A DNA stretch of 46,522 nt from Candidatus Heimdallarchaeota archaeon (GTDB lineage: Archaea; Asgardarchaeota; Heimdallarchaeia; Heimdallarchaeales; Heimdallarchaeaceae): assembly GCA_019057375.1 (NCBI GenBank), contig DXJF01000022.1:1-46522 (forward strand). Reading direction: 5' to 3'. Position numbers and translations under genes: made by a program. The notes under the pieces were generated by a model. That model was given only the letters and a program-made list of their open reading frames with translations. It had not been told where the DNA came from and made no database searches. Shown piece after piece: positions 16,901-26,762 of this stretch (position 1 is the first letter of the stretch; the number at the start of each line of letters is the position of its first letter).

Positions 16901-18238
16901 TTAGAACCGATGAATTAAATTGGCAATAGTTTTCATTCCAATAACAAAATCTTCTATGAATATATTTTCATTGGGAGCATGAGCGTTTGAATTTGCATGA
17001 CCACAACCAATGGATATGCAGGGAACTCCTTCGAACAAGTACATTGGACCTGATCCTCCAACCAAAGGCCAAATTACTGGTTCATGATTCTCAATATCTT
17101 TAATTGTATCTACAACTTGTTTGGCAAAAGAATCTTTGATAGATGTTTGAGCTGCAGGATAACCATCCCAACTAGTAATTTCAATATGTTGAAAACCATT
17201 ATCATCCCAGAATTTACGAATCTTCTCAACCAAATCCTTTGCATCTTGTCCAGGAACAAGTCTAAAGTCAACTTTAGCAAAAGCTTCGTTTGGAGTGACA
17301 GTTTTTCCACCTGGACCCTGATATCCACTCCATAAACCACAAATGTTGCATGTGGGCTCTAAGAAATATTTTTTCTTAATGTCCAAACCAGTAAGATTCA
17401 AACGAAAGCTATCTACACCAAAATTTTCTTTGAATAAGTCTTCCTTCAAATTAAAATCTTCTATAGTTTTCATATCTTCAGGTGAAGGTTCAGGTATATT
17501 TTCGTAGAAACCAGGGACAAGAATTCTATCATTTCTGTCTTTCAGTGAAGCTAAAGCCCAACTCATTTCATAAGCTGCATTGTTAACAAATTGTGTATAT
17601 CCACTATGGACATCTCTACCTATAGTATTAGTTTTCAAATGAAGATAAAGGATACCTTTGACACCCAAATACACTTCTTGAATACCGTCACCATCTCTTC
17701 CACCAAATTCCCAAATACAACCATCTGCATCAGTAATGAATTCTCTATTGCTTTTCACAAATTCTTCTAAATTGGGAGAACCAACTTCCTCTTCTCCTTC
17801 AATAACAAACTTGACGTTAACTGGAAGTTTCCCAAAAACATCAACATACGCTTTTATTGCTTGAAGTCTGCAGATTATTTCTCCTTTGTTATCTGAAACA
17901 CCTCTAGCAAAAATCTTCCCGTCTCTGATAGTTGGCTCGAAAGGAGGAGAATCCCATAAGCCTATGGGATCTTCAGGTTGAACATCATAATGATCGTAGA
18001 ATAGAAGAGTTTTGTTTGCTCCAACATTCATTTCTGCACAGAAAACAGGATTACCAGAGGTTTCAGCAAGAAAGTATGTAAATCCAGCTTCTTCAAAATG
18101 CTTAGAGAGGAACTCAATTGCTTCTGGTCCACCTGTTTCTTTAGCAGCTATACTAGGAATCTTAAGTAGTTCGCACAAAAGGTCGACTGAAGAATCTTTA
18201 TTTTTTTCTATTATTTGATAAACATCTTTTAATGTCAT
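16901..18238 (-). CDS. M20-family metallopeptidase/dipeptidase
   Basis: YDHYDVQP, RGVSDNKG, EGEEEVGS and AHAPNE. Confidence 0.92.
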   Translation of the reverse strand: MTLKDVYQIIEKNKDSSVDLLCELLKIPSIAAKETGGPEAIEFLSKHFEEAGFTYFLAETSGNPVFCAEMNVGANKTLLFYDHYDVQPEDPIGLWDSPPFEPTIRDGKIFARGVSDNKGEIICRLQAIKAYVDVFGKLPVNVKFVIEGEEEVGSPNLEEFVKSNREFITDADGCIWEFGGRDGDGIQEVYLGVKGILYLHLKTNTIGRDVHSGYTQFVNNAAYEMSWALASLKDRNDRILVPGFYENIPEPSPEDMKTIEDFNLKEDLFKENFGVDSFRLNLTGLDIKKKYFLEPTCNICGLWSGYQGPGGKTVTPNEAFAKVDFRLVPGQDAKDLVEKIRKFWDDNGFQHIEITSWDGYPAAQTSIKDSFAKQVVDTIKDIENHEPVIWPLVGGSGPMYLFEGVPCISIGCGHANSNAHAPNENIFIEDFVIGMKTIANLIHRF

Positions 18239-18313
18239 ATCTCTCTTGTTTTAGTAGAAAATTTAATCTTTAAGACTTTCTCAATAACTTAATATCAGAA
18301 AAAAAAGAAGAAT

Positions 18314-19285
18314 CTAAAGTTTGAGTAATTCCTCATAGATTCCTTTAATTAATCCAAAAATAAGATTTAAATCAGCTGATTTAGTAAGACCAAATTCTAT
18401 GTTTTTCTTTTTGATCTTCAAATAATCCATTGATTCATGGATTTTAGATAATTTTCCTTCTAACATTAATACTTTCTTGAAGAAATTCCAATCAGCTGAA
18501 GTATTACTGTTAAAAAAATATTCTTCCTTATCACTTGTCTTATCTTTATGGAGAGAAAGCGTAAAGGGTTGTTTTCTCTTTAATATGCTATTAAAACTTA
18601 AGATTTGTTCCTTATCCAATTGGACAATAATGCCCATAATGAAATTGTAATCGCTTTTATCATGAAAATTGAATGAGAAGTTTGGTCCAGAATCATCCAA
18701 GTAAAATTGTAAATTTTCTATTTCTAGTAGTAATAGATTCCTTCTTAGTTTTTCCATTATCATTAGTTCTTCTTCTTCAATAATCTGATTCATACTAACT
18801 TTTTTATCTTTAGAACCACCAATTATTGATTCTTTCATCTTATAATCCCAAAGTTCTTTATCTCCATGAATTGCAAAAGAATATTTGTCTTTAGAACTAA
18901 TTTTTCCATAAAAAATACCCTTAGCTACTCGTTGCCCATGAAGCCATTCTTGTTGTGAAACAACTCTCGGCTTTCCTGGAACTCTATCTAATCTTGCTTG
19001 TCTAGACATTTTTCGATCTGTAGTATCAGGTATATCTTTTCTAAATGCAGCTCGTTCTTCTATGGATTTTTCTTGGTCTTTTCCATGAATAGTACGTCGT
19101 GTAAGATACAACAATATAGGTAAGGTTATAATCGTAATTGGTATCGCAATCAGAAAATGTTGAGGGTTATTTAATGTAAAAACAAATATCATAACTGCTA
19201 TAATAAAAAGTAGAATAGCAATGATTTCTAGATATCTCTTTTTAATTAATTCTGAAAATTGAAATTCTCCACTCTTCATTGTCAT
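18314..19285 (-). CDS. Membrane-anchored hypothetical protein (paralog of 19340-20611, no RING)
   Basis: N-terminal TM hairpin 'KKRYLEIIAILLFII...' is homologous to the neighbour's 'KKKYLEISVVILFAI...'. Both share 'FYGK' and 'F(S/T)L(T/S)LHK'. Confidence 0.75.
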   Translation of the reverse strand: MTMKSGEFQFSELIKKRYLEIIAILLFIIAVMIFVFTLNNPQHFLIAIPITIITLPILLYLTRRTIHGKDQEKSIEERAAFRKDIPDTTDRKMSRQARLDRVPGKPRVVSQQEWLHGQRVAKGIFYGKISSKDKYSFAIHGDKELWDYKMKESIIGGSKDKKVSMNQIIEEEELMIMEKLRRNLLLLEIENLQFYLDDSGPNFSFNFHDKSDYNFIMGIIVQLDKEQILSFNSILKRKQPFTLSLHKDKTSDKEEYFFNSNTSADWNFFKKVLMLEGKLSKIHESMDYLKIKKKNIEFGLTKSADLNLIFGLIKGIYEELLKL

Positions 19286-19339
19286 AGGTACAACAGATTC
19301 TTCTTTATATAGCCTTGCATTTATATCTGAAGGAATGTG

Positions 19340-20611
19340 TTAATATGATTCTTTAAGTTGATCTAACCATCTTTTCTGAAGTTTCTGGCAGTTAGGACAT
19401 TTTTGATGGTTATCCAACCACATAATCATATGTAGTTTGTGAGCGTATACACCACAGCATGGAGTTTGAACTATATCTTCTTTTTCAGATGGATATAGCT
19501 CCAATCTACACACCTTACAGCGTGGTCTGCTTGTACCGCATGATGAGCACTCTATATCATCTAAACTTAGTTTTTCACCACAGTTAAGGCATTCCAATTC
19601 TTCAACTTCAATAATCCCGATATCGATTCTTGAGAGTTCTGAGGACAATTCTTTAACTAGACTTAGGAAATCTTTCAAATCCTTAATGTTAGAGATATTC
19701 CCTGTTACGTATTTCTTATCGATCATTAAATGTTCTACACTTTCGTAAACTGTGTCTAACTTCTGTTTAAATTCATCTTTTGCTAGAATCCCTTCTTTAA
19801 CCACTGAATAACTGCTAATAATAGAATATTTGTTTTCTTCCCCAACTTCATTCTTATGGAGAGTCAATGAAAAATGTTGATATTTTTTGAGAATCCCTTC
19901 TAGTATAATTTCTTTATCAGAATATAAGTGTAAAACAATTCCTGTGATAAAACTATATTTACTTTTTTTTGAAAACATAAATGCTAAACTAGGTTTAACT
20001 TCATCATAATACAATTGTATATTTGTTCCACCCATATCAACGATATCTTTTCTGAGATTCTCAAGAATTTGCAAAGAGTATACATCAAATACCTCATTTA
20101 AACCTGGTTTTTCACCTGCTGTTCGCTTGACTTCGGCAGATTGTACTAGGAATTCAAAAATTGGGCTAACAATAGGATATCCAGCAGAAAATGGCCCTCC
20201 TACCTTTCCATAGAATTTCTTCCTTCTTACTTCATCGTCATACATTATTTCTGCTGAGCTAATCATCACACCCACTGGGCGTCCATATTCAGCTCCTGCA
20301 CCTTTATCTACAAATCCGGGCATTGTATATCTTGCTGTATCTTGATGAGCACTTCTTGGAATTAGATTTTCTTGTCCTACTCTCTGGAGAGCACGAATTT
20401 CGCTTATCGCTTTTCTGTCAGCTGTTCTTCTAGTAAGAATAATAATTGTAGGAAAGACAACAACTAGAACTGCTTCAACAATTAGAAAACTATATACATC
20501 ACTTAAAGAGAAAAACAATATAACAGAAGCAATTGCAAAAAGTATAACCACAGATATTTCCAAATACTTTTTCTTAAAAAACACTTTAGTCTTCTTTGCC
20601 CCACTCTTCAT
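19340..20611 (-). CDS. Membrane-anchored protein with C-terminal Zn-ribbon and RING-like domain
   Basis: TM hairpin at the N-terminus. C-terminal CLNC..CSSC ribbon, then CKVC..PCC-x4-H-x2-H-x3-W..CPNC. Confidence 0.78.
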   Translation of the reverse strand: MKSGAKKTKVFFKKKYLEISVVILFAIASVILFFSLSDVYSFLIVEAVLVVVFPTIIILTRRTADRKAISEIRALQRVGQENLIPRSAHQDTARYTMPGFVDKGAGAEYGRPVGVMISSAEIMYDDEVRRKKFYGKVGGPFSAGYPIVSPIFEFLVQSAEVKRTAGEKPGLNEVFDVYSLQILENLRKDIVDMGGTNIQLYYDEVKPSLAFMFSKKSKYSFITGIVLHLYSDKEIILEGILKKYQHFSLTLHKNEVGEENKYSIISSYSVVKEGILAKDEFKQKLDTVYESVEHLMIDKKYVTGNISNIKDLKDFLSLVKELSSELSRIDIGIIEVEELECLNCGEKLSLDDIECSSCGTSRPRCKVCRLELYPSEKEDIVQTPCCGVYAHKLHMIMWLDNHQKCPNCQKLQKRWLDQLKESY

Positions 20612-20718
20612 TCTTAAGCTATACTGTAAGCATTCTTCTATAAATAACCTCTTGTTAAAATGAGCAATAGTGCAACAGAAAATGAAAAGTTTAAGAATTC
20701 CATTCTCTTAATTTACTC

Positions 20719-21915
20719 ATGCCTAAAAAACAGAAAAGAGATTTCAATTTTGATACCCTCTGTGTTCACGCTGGACATGATGTATTTGAAACCAAGACTA
20801 TTACTCCACCAATCTATCAAAGTGTTGCATATCCTTATGAAAGTGCAGACTATGCTGCTCAACTCTTCCGTTATGAGATTGAAGGATTTATGTATGGAAG
20901 AATGGACAACCCAACAAATAAGATGTTTGAAGATCGGTTAGCAGCTGTTGAATTAACTGATAAGGCTCTAGCAACCTCTTCAGGAATGTCTGCAATATTC
21001 ATAGCTTGTTTGCATTTATTGGGTAAAGGTGAAGGATTCCTAACTCCAAGTAAGATTTATGGAGGTACGAATAAACTCTTTTCAGAAACTTTCCCAAAAA
21101 TGGGTTTTAATCCAGTTTTTGTCAGTGATGCTTCCAGTATTGAAAATTGGTCGGAGGTTATTAATAACAAAACCAAATTCCTTTATGTTGAATCTCCCTC
21201 AAACCCCAACTTATTCATAGCTGATATCCCTGCATTAGCGAAATTAGCAAAAGAAAATAATTTACCCTTGATAGTAGATAATACTGTTGCTTCTCCAGCT
21301 CTCCAACAACCTATAAAATTAGGTGCGGATATAGTTATTCATTCAGCCACTAAATATCTGAGTGGAAACGCTTCTTGTATATCAGGAGTCATAGCAGGTT
21401 CTGCTGATTTTATTGACAAGGTAAGAGAAAAGGATTATAGAAATATAGGTCCCTCGATAAGTCCTTTCAACAGCTGGTTGTTACTATTAGGTATGGAAAC
21501 TTTGAGCTTGAGGATGAAGAAACATTGTGAAAATGCTTTAGCTTTTGCTGAATATCTAGAGGATCATCATAAAGTTGATTCAGTGCATTATCCTGGGTTA
21601 AAGAGTCATCCTCAGCATGAATTAGCTAAAAGACAACTCAGCGGATTTAGTTCTTTGTTGTCATTTGTAACTAAAGGGGAACTATTAGATGCGAAAAATG
21701 TCATTGATTCCTTTGAGTTGATAATACATACTGGACATTTAGGAACAACTAAAACTTTAGCAACACATCCCGCATTTACAACTCATCAGCAACTAACTCA
21801 AGAAGAAAGAATAGCAATTGGAATTCCTGATACCATGATAAGAATGTCAATTGGTTTGGAAGATATCGACGATCTAATAGACGATGTAGACCAAGCTCTC
21901 TCAAGAATACGCTGA
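20719..21915 (+). CDS. PLP-dependent Cys/Met metabolism enzyme (methionine gamma-lyase / sulfhydrylase family)
   Basis: YGRMDNPT, SSGMSAI, ESPSNP, VDNT, HSATKYLSG (PLP lysine) and RMSIGLED. Confidence 0.92.
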   Translation: MPKKQKRDFNFDTLCVHAGHDVFETKTITPPIYQSVAYPYESADYAAQLFRYEIEGFMYGRMDNPTNKMFEDRLAAVELTDKALATSSGMSAIFIACLHLLGKGEGFLTPSKIYGGTNKLFSETFPKMGFNPVFVSDASSIENWSEVINNKTKFLYVESPSNPNLFIADIPALAKLAKENNLPLIVDNTVASPALQQPIKLGADIVIHSATKYLSGNASCISGVIAGSADFIDKVREKDYRNIGPSISPFNSWLLLLGMETLSLRMKKHCENALAFAEYLEDHHKVDSVHYPGLKSHPQHELAKRQLSGFSSLLSFVTKGELLDAKNVIDSFELIIHTGHLGTTKTLATHPAFTTHQQLTQEERIAIGIPDTMIRMSIGLEDIDDLIDDVDQALSRIR

Positions 21916-21943
21916 AATATTGGAAAAAAAGGGGGGGAAGAAT

Positions 21944-22558
21944 TTAGAAATCAAAAGCGTTGATTTCGTCTAAAGTATTGTAAGTATTTTCAACAGCTTG
22001 GCGAACTTGCGCTTCTGTCTTTGCACCAGTACATACAAGATTTCCAGATTGGAATAAGAGAAGAACGGTTTTAGGCTCTGCTAGTCTGTAGATTAATCCG
22101 GGAAATTGTTCAGGTTCATACATGGAGTGTTCCAACCATAATGCTGCTAATTCAAGGTTTATTGTTCTATGATTGAAATGACCAGATGCTACAATATTTT
22201 GAACTATTATTTCTGGATCTTCATCTATCTTGGTTCCTACAGTTCTTAGGATTTTGGTCATTTGCACAACTCCCTCATGAACCATCTCAGTTGATTTAGC
22301 GCCGGTTAAAACTAATTTTCCAGAGCTGAAAACAAGACTAGAAATCTTTGGCTTTTTTATTTTTAATATTAGTCCTGGGAAGGTTTCTGGATTATAACTT
22401 ACAAATAAATCGTCATCATCAGTGAGTGTTTGATAGGCAGTAACTAAATCAATTGTTGTAAAAAGATTGATACTTGCTACAACGTTTTGGATTACTATAC
22501 CATAATCTATTCCTTTTGGTGTCATTTTATCCCATCTATCCTTTATATATTGAGGCAA
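21944..22558 (-). CDS. tbp: TATA-box-binding protein
   Basis: Two repeats: NVVAS..YNPETFPGL..VFSSGKLVLTGAK and NIVAS..YEPEQFPGL..LFQSGNLVCTGAK. The start may be ATG 22525. Confidence 0.96.
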   Translation of the reverse strand: MPQYIKDRWDKMTPKGIDYGIVIQNVVASINLFTTIDLVTAYQTLTDDDDLFVSYNPETFPGLILKIKKPKISSLVFSSGKLVLTGAKSTEMVHEGVVQMTKILRTVGTKIDEDPEIIVQNIVASGHFNHRTINLELAALWLEHSMYEPEQFPGLIYRLAEPKTVLLLFQSGNLVCTGAKTEAQVRQAVENTYNTLDEINAFDF

Positions 22559-22688
22559 CTAATTAACATCTATTTAAAAAGCTTTTTATCTCAAGTTTAT
22601 TGAAATCGTCCTCTGTTGCATCTAGATGACTTTTACGCGCCTTTCTGATATAAGTCTGTTTTATTGAGTATTTAAAGAGAGATTTCAA

Positions 22689-23480
22689 TTATTCCTTGCA
22701 ATCACACTTAATATCCAGTATTTTTTGTGCAATAATATTCTTCACTATTTCTTTGATAGTGTCTGTTTTTTCCTTGAAAAGTCTTACAACTTCTTCATGA
22801 GTAATTTTTTCTTGCATTCCTGCACCATAATTTGTGATCAAACATAATGTAGCATAACACATTTTTAGCTCTCTGGCTAGAATGGCTTCAGGAATAGTAG
22901 TCATCCCTACTACAGTTCCCCCCATCTTTTGGTACATGATTATTTCAGCTGGTGTTTCAAATCTTGGTCCATCTGCACAAATATGAACGCCCTTTGTATG
23001 CACCATCCCACCTATTTCTTCTACAGCTCTTATGTACTGTGTTCTCAATTTTGGACAATAAGGATTTGTATAATCTAGATGTACAACACCTTGTCTAGAG
23101 GTTCCATCACTAAAGTTGATTTTTGTTTGACCATCATAATATGTTAGTGGTCTATGTTTGGTCATGTCTATTATCTGATCAGGAATAACAAAATCTCCGG
23201 GATTAATGCTTGTATCTATTGAGCCTACAGCATTAGTAGCAAAAATTCTAGAAACGCCTAATTCATGTAAAGCATAAAGGTTTGCTCTATAGTTAATTAG
23301 GTGAGGTGGGACTGAATGTTTAGGTCCATGTCTAGGCAGGAAAAATATCTCTTGATCTTTATGTTTGACTTTAGTTATATTATCTACTTTACCATAAGGA
23401 GTTTTCACAGAAACTTTTTTGGCTTTTTTGAATAAACCATAAACTCCTGACCCTCCAATAATTGCTATTTTGTCTTGCAT
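22689..23480 (-). CDS. mtnP: 5'-methylthioadenosine/methylthioinosine phosphorylase
   Basis: IIGGSG, LPRHG..H, NYRAN, NAVGS, DGPRFETPAE, VGMT..PE..LAREL. Confidence 0.92.
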   Translation of the reverse strand: MQDKIAIIGGSGVYGLFKKAKKVSVKTPYGKVDNITKVKHKDQEIFFLPRHGPKHSVPPHLINYRANLYALHELGVSRIFATNAVGSIDTSINPGDFVIPDQIIDMTKHRPLTYYDGQTKINFSDGTSRQGVVHLDYTNPYCPKLRTQYIRAVEEIGGMVHTKGVHICADGPRFETPAEIIMYQKMGGTVVGMTTIPEAILARELKMCYATLCLITNYGAGMQEKITHEEVVRLFKEKTDTIKEIVKNIIAQKILDIKCDCKE

Positions 23481-23540
23481 TGACTATAGATGCTATTTGA
23501 CTTAAAAGAATTTTTCGGATGAAATCCCATTTAAAGGATA

Positions 23541-25262
23541 CTAATCCAGTGAAATTTCTACTTCATCAATTGATTTCCATTTAACCGCACAACCTATATG
23601 CTGACAAATTGCAATTAAAGCCTCTTTGAAATCAGGGAATTGGTCTTTTAAAGCCAAAAGAGATGACTTACCGATAGATTTCATATGCTTTCGAACAGTC
23701 TCAAAAACTTCAGAGTGAACCAATCCATAACTTGTTAAAAATATTATGTTAAATTCCTTGAGTATTCTATCCACCTCTGAGGAAGAGAGTATCTTGGTTG
23801 TTTCATCTGTTGAATATGCATTGAATCTTGTATCCAAATCATTGAGAGTTATACTTTTTTTACTCTTGTCAAGTTCCCTTCCTACTTCTGTTATTATCGC
23901 TTGAAAAACAGGAAGTCTCTCTTCGAAATCTGAATGATGTTTTTCTAATAGCTGACTTAGTTCATTGTTTGGTATCCTTGTTCCAACGTAGAATATGTGA
24001 TTGATTTTTCTCTTTTCTGTGAAATGGGGTTTAAGATTTTCATCAATTACATAGATGATAGGAATGTCTACTTTATCTAACTCCTCCATCTGCTTCTTCT
24101 TCTTCAAGATGTATTTTATTGTATAGAAACCAACAATCTCTAAATAGAGTGTTTTTTTCCCTCGTTGGAGAAGAAAATCTGGGACATACATTTTTTTCCC
24201 TATAATTATAGCTTCAGGTTCAGGAGTTGCCTTCCAACCATGATAATTTCTCCAAGATTTTAAGAATTGATTTTCTACTTTAGAATCTATTTCTGGTCTG
24301 AAATTAAATCCATCATCTTCGTCTGCTTTAAAAGTAGGAAGCAGTAGTAATTCAGATGAGTTAAGTGAAAACATTACCTTTCTATTTCTTGGTTTAACAA
24401 CTGCATTAATTTGGAAAGCTATTTCTTCTCGCAATAAAACTCGTAGAATATATGTAGCGACGTTAGCTATGTTCTTCCCCCATCCTCCCTGCTCAGTATA
24501 AAGTTCTAATGGGGGATGAATTGTAATTTTGTAGCCATCTTCTTCAAGGACTATGTCAGTAAAAACATAATTCTTCTTTGAGAGATAGATGACTTTTTTT
24601 GCTAGATATCCTGGCAATTTCTTTATTCGCATTTGAAAATCTATTGAAAAACACAAGATAGTTTCAATCGTATCATAATTAAAATATCTGATTAGTTGTA
24701 AAGGATCTATATTTTCATTTTTCAGAAGTACTCTTTCTGAATCTATATCTCTATACAGAAGTTTGTCAAGAATGGAGGTGGGAATTCCCAAATTCTGTTC
24801 AATTTCACTAACTATTTTTTCTCTTAGTTCATTATTAACAAAACCATTTTGTTTCTTGTTAACAATTTCATATACTTTAGATCGAAACTGAGCTGGAGTC
24901 ATACTAGAAATAGCGTTTTTATTAGAAACACTATCGGCAATAAAAGAGGTGATGTCACTACTAGTCTTCTTAGGTTCTTTTGTTTTTCTAACTCCTATAA
25001 TTTCGTCTGTTGATTTAGAAGAGTAAGAATAAAACCTCGCAGAAGAAACATTTAGGGATTTGATTATCTTGTATGACGGAAAAAGATCTTCAACAATTTT
25101 GAATAATACTTCTGATTTCTTTCTTCCTAAGTTTTTTTCAAGAAATTGAATATAAGCAAGAACTTTGTTTCGTTCTTCTGCTTGTAAGTAAATTGGAACA
25201 AGCATTGTATTGTTTCCAGTTCCTCTTATTTCATGTTCCAAATCAGATAAAGCTATTCTCAT
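23541..25262 (-). CDS. bax1: DUF790/Bax1 endonuclease
   Basis: 'LIRYFN', C-terminal PD-(D/E)xK-like 'VPDF...YLEIVGFYT..Y..KK'. Its start is directly adjacent to the XPB stop. Confidence 0.82.
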   Translation of the reverse strand: MRIALSDLEHEIRGTGNNTMLVPIYLQAEERNKVLAYIQFLEKNLGRKKSEVLFKIVEDLFPSYKIIKSLNVSSARFYSYSSKSTDEIIGVRKTKEPKKTSSDITSFIADSVSNKNAISSMTPAQFRSKVYEIVNKKQNGFVNNELREKIVSEIEQNLGIPTSILDKLLYRDIDSERVLLKNENIDPLQLIRYFNYDTIETILCFSIDFQMRIKKLPGYLAKKVIYLSKKNYVFTDIVLEEDGYKITIHPPLELYTEQGGWGKNIANVATYILRVLLREEIAFQINAVVKPRNRKVMFSLNSSELLLLPTFKADEDDGFNFRPEIDSKVENQFLKSWRNYHGWKATPEPEAIIIGKKMYVPDFLLQRGKKTLYLEIVGFYTIKYILKKKKQMEELDKVDIPIIYVIDENLKPHFTEKRKINHIFYVGTRIPNNELSQLLEKHHSDFEERLPVFQAIITEVGRELDKSKKSITLNDLDTRFNAYSTDETTKILSSSEVDRILKEFNIIFLTSYGLVHSEVFETVRKHMKSIGKSSLLALKDQFPDFKEALIAICQHIGCAVKWKSIDEVEISLD

Positions 25263-26665
25263 TAGATCACATCACTTTGTTTTCTTCTTCTAACCGTTCC
25301 AGTCTCAAGACTTTCTGGTGTAACAAGCTCATAGAGGATAGCTTTTCCTTCCTTTGGTCGTAGAATTCTCCCTAATCTTTGAATAAATTGCCTTGCTTGT
25401 CCTGTTCCACTTACTATTATTCCAACATTTACATTTCCACAATCCCACCCCTCATCAAGAACTTTACCAGTAACTATCTTAGAGTAAATTCCTCCGCTAA
25501 ATTTTCGTAGTATATCGCTGCGTTCAGCACTCTTTGTTTCATGGGTAATTGCTGGAATTAAATGCCTTCTACTGATATCATACACCATATCATTAAACTC
25601 TGAAAAAATAATAATATGGTCCTCTTGGTGTTTTACTAGAATTTCTTCGATTTTATTCAGTTTTGCCTTTGATGAAAAAACAAGATTCCTTGCCATGCGA
25701 TGAGCATTTAAAGCTTCTTTTGCTTCATGGTCTTGATTTACTCTGAAAATGAGATATCTTTCATAATCTTCAGGAGTTCTGATCTGAATGTTCCTTTTTC
25801 GGAGATAATCTCTATATGTTGCCATATGCTTATCATAGGTTTCTCGTTCTTCTTCATCTAAAGGCACTTTTATGGTCATTTGTTCATATTCCGCTATATA
25901 CCCTTTTTTTGAAAGATCTGAAACACTAGCAACCTTAATTGGACTCCCGATTAATTTGTATAGACGTTCTTCTCCTCTATCAGATCGATTCGGTGTTGCT
26001 GTAAGTCCCAAACGATAAGCTGAAGGTAAGCCTTTAAGCACTTTGAGTGCTTCTTTTGATCCTGCATGATGTGCTTCATCTAGAATGATAAAATTGAAAT
26101 TTTTTCTTAGTAGATTAATGTTTAATCTTGCACTATCATAAGTTGTTACTGTTATCTCTTTAATCTCTTTTATCTGGTCTCCAAGTTGACCAATCATGTC
26201 ATGAGTAAGAGAAGAATATTTCTTCAAGTGCTCTATCCACTGATAGAGCAAGTTTTTGGTTGGAACAACAATAACCGTTTTTTGTTTTAGCTTTTCAATA
26301 GCTTTTAATCCAATAATGGTTTTACCTGCGGCAGTTGGTAAAACAATGATGCCTTTTCCATCATTTTGTAGAAATTTATCCAAAGCTTGTTCTTGATATT
26401 CTCTTAACTCCAGTTTCACCTTGAATTTACCTTGGTAAACTTGAGATAAGCTTGCATCTTGTAAAATGGATGAATTAATTATAATATTCTTTTTTTCTAG
26501 AATCTGAATGATTTTGAAATAATTTATTGGTAATGCCCTGTATTCCTTTTCTTTCTTTGGATTAGCTTTTAGGTACGTTAATAATTCTCTATCCTCTATT
26601 TTTTGATCTGATTCTAGAATAAGATCAAAAGCTACTCTAAAGAATATCTTAACTTCTGTAGGCAT
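25262..26665 (-). CDS. xpb: XPB/Rad25-like SF2 helicase
   Basis: LREYQ, PTAAGKT, DEAHH, GLTATP.R.D, VLDEGWD, QRLGRILRP. Confidence 0.92.
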   Translation of the reverse strand: MPTEVKIFFRVAFDLILESDQKIEDRELLTYLKANPKKEKEYRALPINYFKIIQILEKKNIIINSSILQDASLSQVYQGKFKVKLELREYQEQALDKFLQNDGKGIIVLPTAAGKTIIGLKAIEKLKQKTVIVVPTKNLLYQWIEHLKKYSSLTHDMIGQLGDQIKEIKEITVTTYDSARLNINLLRKNFNFIILDEAHHAGSKEALKVLKGLPSAYRLGLTATPNRSDRGEERLYKLIGSPIKVASVSDLSKKGYIAEYEQMTIKVPLDEEERETYDKHMATYRDYLRKRNIQIRTPEDYERYLIFRVNQDHEAKEALNAHRMARNLVFSSKAKLNKIEEILVKHQEDHIIIFSEFNDMVYDISRRHLIPAITHETKSAERSDILRKFSGGIYSKIVTGKVLDEGWDCGNVNVGIIVSGTGQARQFIQRLGRILRPKEGKAILYELVTPESLETGTVRRRKQSDVI

Positions 26666-26762
26666 TATTCTTCCTCCAGTTTAAATACTAGTTTTAAATA
26701 TAAAAAGACTGCTTAATTAAAGAATCTGAACATTTGAGTAAAAAGAAAAATAAAAAAAGAAG

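Noticed and set aside
22624-22648. ATGACTT-N12-CTGA half C/D motif upstream of tbp
   Set aside because: There is no canonical box C and no terminal stem, so it is too weak to call.
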